A DNA stretch of 64,000 nt, taken from assembly GCF_006345805.1 (NCBI RefSeq), contig NC_042998.1:78368001-78432000 (forward strand), given 5' to 3'. This DNA is from Octopus sinensis. Lineage: Eukaryota. Shown here piece by piece: positions 56,043-64,000 of this stretch. Position 1 is the stretch's first letter. Each line of letters starts with the position of its first letter. The translations under genes and the position numbers were made by a program. The notes under the pieces were generated by a model, which had not been told where the DNA came from, did no database searches, and saw nothing but the letters and a program-made list of their open reading frames with translations.

Positions 56043-56077
56043 ATACTAGCAACAGCAGCAGTAGTAGTAGTATAGTA

Positions 56078-56112
<35 letters not shown>

Positions 56113-56133
56113 CCAGCAGCAGCAGCAGCAGCA

Positions 56134-56175
<42 letters not shown>

Positions 56176-56192
56176 AAGCAGCAGCAGCAGCA

Positions 56193-56224
<32 letters not shown>

Positions 56225-56976
56225 GATGATAGCAGCACCACCACCACCATGAGCAATAATGGTCAACCTAGCACCAAAACCATGCTTTCACATCCTTCTA
56301 ACTCAGTCACTTTTCACTTTCTCTATATCTGTCTGACTGTTGACCTGTCGCTCTTAAATCACCTTTTCAATCACGTCTAACTCTCAGGTGAGCATGATTC
56401 GGACACAACTAACTAAGGAACAGCTATACGCACTAGCGAACGACCGCTTTCATGCAGTCGTTGACCTGCTAGAAATAGCAAGTCTATTTCAACTCCATAA
56501 TTAACCGTCTTTAAAGGAAGGGGACATCGGCGGAAAGCGTTTGATCACAGGTCCTTTAACTTAGAGCCAAACAAGCAATATCTACTACTACTACTAAAAC
56601 TACTACTACGACGACGACTACTACTACTACTACCATCACCTCCGCCACAATCTTGCAGTATTATTACTATGTATAATACTACTAAATTAAGGATCAATGC
56701 TGTTATAACAGTAGTCATCTTGTTCGTTACTGTAACTAATAATATTACTATTACTATCACCTATACCACAACCATATCACAACAGCGTTATACGTTTGTT
56801 TGATCTGCTAGAAATAGCAACCAGATTTCCTTAGAAACAAGAAGGAATGAAGTTAGCGATGTAGTCGTTGATATCCAAAACGACGGGTCGCTCAAAATTG
56901 GAATGTCTCTCGCCATAAGGTTTGCTTCATCAAAACTAACCTGTTACAAAGCAACAATAACAGCAGCAACAAATAT

Positions 56977-57197
56977 CTATTTCTTTACTACCCACAAGGG
57001 TCTAAACACAGAGAGGACAAACAAGGACAGACAAACGGATTAAGTCGATTTCATCGACCCCAGTACGTAACTGGTGCTTAATTTATCGACCCCGAAAGGA
57101 TGAAAGGCAAAGTCGACCACGGCGGAATTTGAACTCAGAGCGAAACGGCAGACGAAATACGGCTACGCATTTCGCCCGGCGTGCTAACGTTTCTGCC
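56977..57197 (-). mobile_element. SINE family B, tail type 1
   Basis: Nearly identical to 25541-25770; it ends ATATCTATTTCTTTACTACCCACAAGGG on the plus strand. Confidence 0.88.
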
Positions 57198-57578
57198 ATC
57201 ACTGTCTTGATCTCAACTGTTCGTATTGGTAATTACCATCGTCCACATCTACCGTCAGGGCCACAGAGAGAAATTTGAGAAACGGAAACAAAACTATCTC
57301 TGAACCTCCGAAGAAGCACTCTTCTCAAAATTCAAGGATTTTGTTTTTTGTTTTGTTTTTTTGTTTTTTTGTTTTTTTTTGTCTTTTTTATGTTGGGTAG
57401 GGAACTGTCAGAGAATTATGTGTTCTTCCTTGATTCTTCGGGTTCAGGATAAATATATTGGTTAAACTCCTTTCTCTTATAGGTCATCTTTACCGCAACA
57501 ACTGCCACAACTTCCACCATGATGATGCCTGTGGTAGTAGTGGTGGTGGTGGTTGTGGTTGTGGTTCGCAGCGACGTC

Positions 57579-57616
<38 letters not shown>

Positions 57617-58995
57617 CGAAGCAGAATTCGCAAAGCGTTGGATGGTGGTGGCGGTGGCGGTGGTGGTGGTGGTGGCGGCGGCGGCGGCGGTAATGTTGTT
57701 GTTTAGTTTCAGCCAACTTCATTGAGCAGACTTGTGACCAAAGGGATTCTTGCTATGAAGGCTGTGCCTTTTTTCCTGTGTGCTGGGAACTCGCTTATTC
57801 AATATGTCTGTTTTTAAGCGGCAGACGTGTGGTTTGAGGAGACTTGCCTACTATTTCTAGCAAGAGACCTCGTAGATATACCCTAAGTTAGGTAACACTA
57901 GTTGTAGTGATGTTAATGTTGTTTAACTCCAGGTCATCTCTGATAAAATAAATCTGCGACACATTTTAGATGGTGTGGTTCGAGCTGATGTGTAGCTATT
58001 ATTTCTAGTAGCTTCTCATACCACGAACAAATACATACAGAATCCATCGTTGGCTGCTGCTGATGATGAGAATAGTGAGGGAGAAAGTACAGCGAAGAAG
58101 ACGGTGGTAAGAACAGTGAAGAAGGAAGTGGTGATGAAGGCTTTGATGGTTGTGGTAACGTTGGTTACGATAGTGATGAAAATGATGACAGTAACGGAGA
58201 TGGTAGTGTCGCGGCGACGATGATGTATGTGATGCTGGTAAGGGTATGGCAATGGCATTAGTGTTGTCCACAGGGTTGGTGATGGTACTGGTAACGGTGG
58301 TAGTGATGACGTTGGTAATAGCGTAGTATTCGTGGTAGCGATTGTGGTAGAGTTTAGTCCCAAGTTAGCTCTGATAAAGCAAATCTATGGTCAGAGGCAT
58401 TCCAACTCTACAACCATTCCTGTCTTTTCGTACACCTTATATCTGTGACTTACATAAACAAATGTGTCACTTGAAAAATGACAGTAGGTAATTTGAGAGA
58501 AATCTGGTTGCTTTTTCTAGTAGATTTATCACAACGAGGTGGTGGTGCTGGTGATAAAGGTGGTGGTGGTGATAAATGCGGTGAGGATAGGGAGCAATTG
58601 TGTTCGTGATGATGAAGTTGGCGATAATGATGGCAGGGGTGATAATAATGGTGAGGTTGATAGCATTAATGATAGCTTCGGTGGTGGTAGTGGTAGCAGT
58701 AGCAGTAGTAGCAGCAGCAGCAGTAGTAGTAGTATTGGGGGGGGGTTGTTACAGTAGTCTTAGGGCGGCAAAGCGGTGTGGAAAGTTAATCGGTGTGGAT
58801 GAAAAGAGGGCGGTAAGTTCAAAGCTGAATTCATATTGACACGGAGAGAGGAGATCAAACAGCATTACAATTCGATCATCAACTCAATACCAATAACGCT
58901 CATAATTCCGCACCCAATCATCACCTACCCTACTGCACAACTCCCATCTCTCTCTTCCTCTCTCTCTCTCTCTCTCTCCCATTCTTTCTCCCATT

Positions 58996-59034
<39 letters not shown>

Positions 59035-59041
<7 letters not shown>

Positions 59042-59088
59042 TTCATTCTTTATCGCGCACACGCACACGTACATATGAATTTATACGG

Positions 59089-59126
<38 letters not shown>

Positions 59127-59640
59127 ATGTATATATGCTCATGTGTTTCATTGTGTGTATGTATATATGTATTTTTGCATGCATGCATTTTCGAATGTAT
59201 GTATGTATGTACGTATGTATGTATGTATGTATGTATGTATGTATGTATGTATGTATGTATGTATGTATGCATGTATGTATGTATTTGTGTGTGTATGTAT
59301 GTATGCATGTATGTATGTACGTATGCATGTATGTATGTATTTGTGTATGTATGTATGTATGTATGTATGTATGTATGTATGTATGTATGTATGTATGTAT
59401 GCATGCACGTATTTGTGTATGTATGTATTATGTATGTATGCATGCGTATTTAAATGTGTGTGAGTGTGCATGTATGTATGCTCACGTATTTGAATGTGTG
59501 TATATATGTATGCGTACTTTTGTACGCATGCGTTTTCAATTGTATGTATGTATGTATGTATGTATGTATGTAGTATGTATGCATGTATGTATGTATATAT
59601 GTATGTAGTTATATATGTATGCATGCGTATTTAAATGTGT
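59035..59640 (+). repeat. Compound (TG)n/(TATG)n microsatellite, representative of the dozens of TA, TG, TATG, TTA, TAG, TC and GAT tracts in the window
   Basis: Direct reading; these tracts account for most ORF-track entries. Confidence 0.95.
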
Positions 59641-59828
59641 GTGAGTGTATGTATATATGTAGTTATGTATGTGCGCATATATATTTGTGTGTATGTATAC
59701 TTAGTTGTAAATAGTGTACGCATATATTTATGTGAGTAGATCAAACATCACTTTCACTCGCATGTGCACTCAAGGAGAGAGAAAGGTAGGACAAACAAGC
59801 TAACAGAAACACATACAGATATATATAT

Positions 59829-59941
<113 letters not shown>

Positions 59942-62900
59942 CACGTGTATGTATACACACACATATACACGCACACATACATACATGCACGCACATATAG
60001 ATAGAGAAATAATGTGATGCTTGATGCCAGGGGTCAAAAAGAAGTAGGGGCAGGAGAATAAGAAGAAGTAGAAAGGAAAAAGGATGAGGAAGAGGAAAAA
60101 ACAAAAAAAGAAATGTGATGTAGAACGAAAAGAAATGAAAAGAGAAAAGGTTTCACACCCTGATCGATTATCAATGAATATAAAAAATAATAATAATTTC
60201 CTATACTGACAGCTTCCGAACTTTCTAACATATTTTGTTTGCTTGATTTGGTTTTTTCCAGCACACGCACAGAGTTTCATATTGACTCATACACAGATCC
60301 TCACGCATGCGCGCACACACACACACACTCACACACATACACACACTCATACGCACAAAACTCGGTCATCGCCCTTCACAACCTCACTACATTTACCCGC
60401 CAACATACCCTTTTACCCATTTCCAATCACCTCACCATGACCACCACAATATCATCATTAGCGCCATACTACTTTCTCTACCACTACACTACCTTCATCA
60501 ATACTACAGCATTTTCACGACCACCATTATATCTACACCACTATCACAACATCTTCACGAACACCGCACCATCTTTACCCTCCGCACTAACTTAACTGTC
60601 GTCACGCCACTGACATCCCCACAACATTTTTACCCGCTTTGCATTACCTTCGCCAACACCACGTTACATTTGTACGTAATCTCCACCATCACATCATCCG
60701 ACGACGTCCCACACAAACCGCACCACCGCAAACACTGCATCTTCACTGCTACAACGCCATCTGCACGTTCTCTACATATACGGTTACCATACTTTCAGAC
60801 TTATATCAATTTTGTGTCAATCACATATTACTGAATGACATATCAGTTTCATCTCTAGCACAAACAATACTATGGTCGCCTTCCTGTCTGTATACAAGAG
60901 TAAGTAATCAACATCTATATTATATCGTGCGTTATATCATAACTTTCTTCATAAATTATCATTTTCATAATCGACGAAATTTTCATTCTTTTATGTTATA
61001 CATCAAATATTACATAAGTGTTATGTCAAATATTACATAACTTTAAAAGATCATAAGACCAAATTTATTTGCAATCCAGTGTACGGAAAATAGCACCTTT
61101 CAAAAAATGCGCTATGTATAAGTTTATAGCAATGCAATAACAGAAGTACCATAATTAATTGGTTCAGAATATTAAATAGCAACCTCTCGATATTATAGAA
61201 TGCTACCCATCCATTTCTAAAACTTACTCATGTGCGAATTAGAGTAAAAAAACATTGCAATAACTTTTAGTGATTTCAGTAAAATTATAAATACAAGGAA
61301 GTAGTTCTTGTTTTATGATGACTGCTTTTGAATCAAGAACCACGAAAACGAAATCTTTATATCACACGGTAGCAACGATGGCGTTCAATAGTTTCAAGAT
61401 TAGTCGATATATATACACTGCACTCATTGGAATACAGCTCACAATCTACAAGCTTAGAGCTATATAGAGATGACGGGCTAAAATAAAACTATAACTTGAA
61501 CGGCCATTATAAAGATATACTCAGAAAAATATCATATTCGAAAGTTTCAATCTAAAAGTTGCAATAAATGTAAACACAGAAATAGTAAGCAAGTTCCATG
61601 TAAATTAGACAGAGAGGCAACAATAAAATTATCACGACATACAAACGGGAATAATGGAAGTAATTTATGTATCGCAGAAAAGTACATAATACTAATCATA
61701 TCAGCCAATACCTTCAAAAGAAGAGGTGTGACATCCTCGGAATGTTTCCAAGGGACAAAATCAAGCACATCCAATTGCTGGGTTCATGTGAAATCCATCC
61801 GCGAACATTATGATGCCCGGAATATTATTGGGAATATGTAGAGTTATTTCCCCTTAAAAAATAGGTATTTAGAGTAATTTCCCCTGAAATTTAAAAATAA
61901 AACTGCCAAAAATATTGGGAGTAGTCTCCCACTACATGGAATCCTATCATGGTCACGAAACTCGTGACCACTGATAACGTGTCTGATATGTAAAACATCA
62001 AGTGCTAACCTCATCATGATATTTTCAAATTCTTTGCTCGCGAAAACTTGAAGAGCGGGAAATTCTGCTTAGTGACGAAGAGGAAGCCAGCTGCATAAAA
62101 GTGTGTGTGAGAGAGAGAGAAAGCGCTTGAACTTGTGATTGGATTGTTTGTCTCGCAATCATAGGGACGTGGGTTCCATTTCTGGACCGAGTGGTACGTT
62201 GTACCCTTGAGAAAGACGATTCGCTTCAGGTTACTCCAGTTTACTCAGCCGAAAATGCATATCGGCCCAGTCTTGGTGTAATACTCTCTTCTTCCAACAA
62301 TCATATCATCGATTTCCTTCTGGGTGAACGAGTAGGAGAACTGAGATAAATGTCAGCTCGTGATTACACAGGCACCAAAAACAATTAGCAAGATTATGTA
62401 ATATACTAGAGGGCCATAATCACTTACAAGAAACAACTATGGATTTTGTTTATACACACACATACACATACACACACACACGCACACATACACATGCACG
62501 CACGCACGCACACATTAATGTGTCTGCATGTTTTCCTGGTTATATTTTTCAAATTTCTCACCAATGGTGAAGGGTCGGCTTCTAACATAATGAAACAACG
62601 CACTTTTACCGGACGATAGAACACTGTGTAGTTATGGAGGCATATATGCGCGCATATACATAATCTATATATACAGATCAATGTGTATAGATATACAATG
62701 GTCCATGTATCGATGTCTTCGCATATGTAAAACTATATACGTATGCGTGTGTGTTTTTATAATATATACATATATATATATATATATTTATAAATGAGGG
62801 TGAAAAATTTGATATTAATTTAATAATACCATCAATTTAACACCAAGTGGCTTAGCACATAAAAACCAGGGATACAATACAAATTTATACATAAATATGA

Positions 62901-63109
62901 GCGAGTGACCACTATGTGGTCTACTCTAGTGCTAAAAATAGATCCACTATGGTATAGTCACTAAAAAATTGTTTCCAAGGAGAAATAACACGACATTTAA
63001 CGTGGGGCAAGGGAAAATAACGAAAAAAATAGATTAACCCTGAACAATTGTTTCATTATTAATGTAAATGCAATTTTACTTACACACATCCATAAATATA
63101 TATATACAT

Positions 63110-63206
<97 letters not shown>

Positions 63207-63349
63207 TTTAAGTAGATAAATGAATTATCTTACTACGGATAATTCGAAAGATAACCGATACCTGGGTAGCAAAATCACAACAGAAAGAACACGGTTGAAG
63301 TTACGACCATAGGGCATATACTCCGTGCCTTCAATATTAAACTTCAATA

Positions 63350-63409
<60 letters not shown>

Positions 63410-64000
63410 TGTGTTCTAGAAATTCCTTCATTTTCAGTATGATGATGAAAGGAAGATTACAAATGCATGTACTTTCTGTATAGTATGGATTCAGAACGGC
63501 TCGCTCATGATACCACATGCTGCAATTAAAGTTATGCCATTGAAATCTTCTCATTATGTCTGGTACAGTTTTGTCCATTTCTTATTCATTGCTTCAGCCA
63601 TTTTTGCCATGTCATCCATTCGTTCACCTACCTTTCGTATAAAGGAGAAAATTGCAAAAACTACTTTTCTCTTCGAACAGACAAATAAAAATGTGTTGTT
63701 TATACAGTTAAAACTGTATATCTGATATTCCTTCTTAGACAGTTTGATTGTGTATTTTGCGTGTCATCAGTATAGAGCAAAATGTCATTTTGTTGATTAT
63801 TTATATGTACTATGCGATGGTAAATAAACGTGACTTTTATGTACGCGTGTAAGAGTCTTTAGCCATATATGATGTGTATGTGTGTATGTTTGTGTGAAGT
63901 TGTGTGCGGTAATCTGTGAGTGTGCGTGCGTGTGCATACCAGTAATTACTCTTCTTGTAGCATTTGATCTCCTCTTAATTACATTTATTTAGTTTTAGTT

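Noticed and set aside
61700-61780. Possible minus-strand exon QLDVLDFVPWKHSEDVTPLLLK ending at AAG|GTATTG
   Set aside because: Weak acceptor site and no recognisable protein family.

Overview
This is eukaryotic, AT-rich DNA saturated with microsatellites. No host protein-coding exon could be recognised, so it is probably intergenic or deep intronic. The SINE families and repeat content suggest an octopus (coleoid cephalopod) genome; this is an inference. Nearly all long entries in the ORF track are translations of simple repeats. The identifiable content is transposon-derived. (1) A Penelope-like element (RT + GIY-YIG) at 18.8-22.4 kb has ~1-kb inverted arms, each carrying a minimal hammerhead ribozyme with a U3:A8 covariant core. 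(2) Further hammerhead-like motifs lie in (TA)n-embedded inserts at 2.3, 7.4, 52.3 and 54.3 kb; two of them form fold-back palindromes whose axis is at the 5' edge of the ribozyme core. (3) A young, 5'-truncated Tx1/L1-clade LINE at 45.6-49.0 kb is inserted in (GATA)n, and its last ~50 nt match the 3' tail of an abundant SINE. (4) Two R4/Dong-type LINEs with restriction-like endonucleases are present, one apparently full length between (CATA)n tracts. (5) An RTE copy has an inverted 5' piece. (6) Relics of hAT, Tigger/pogo, mariner and CR1-group elements occur, plus a MITE and many SINEs. The most interesting signals are the Tx1-SINE tail partnership with SINE tail swapping, the hammerhead variants and palindromes, and an apparent partitioning of retroelement families among microsatellite targets. 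Everything was read by eye: boundaries of degraded elements are approximate, and novelty needs Dfam/Repbase/Rfam searches that I could not run.
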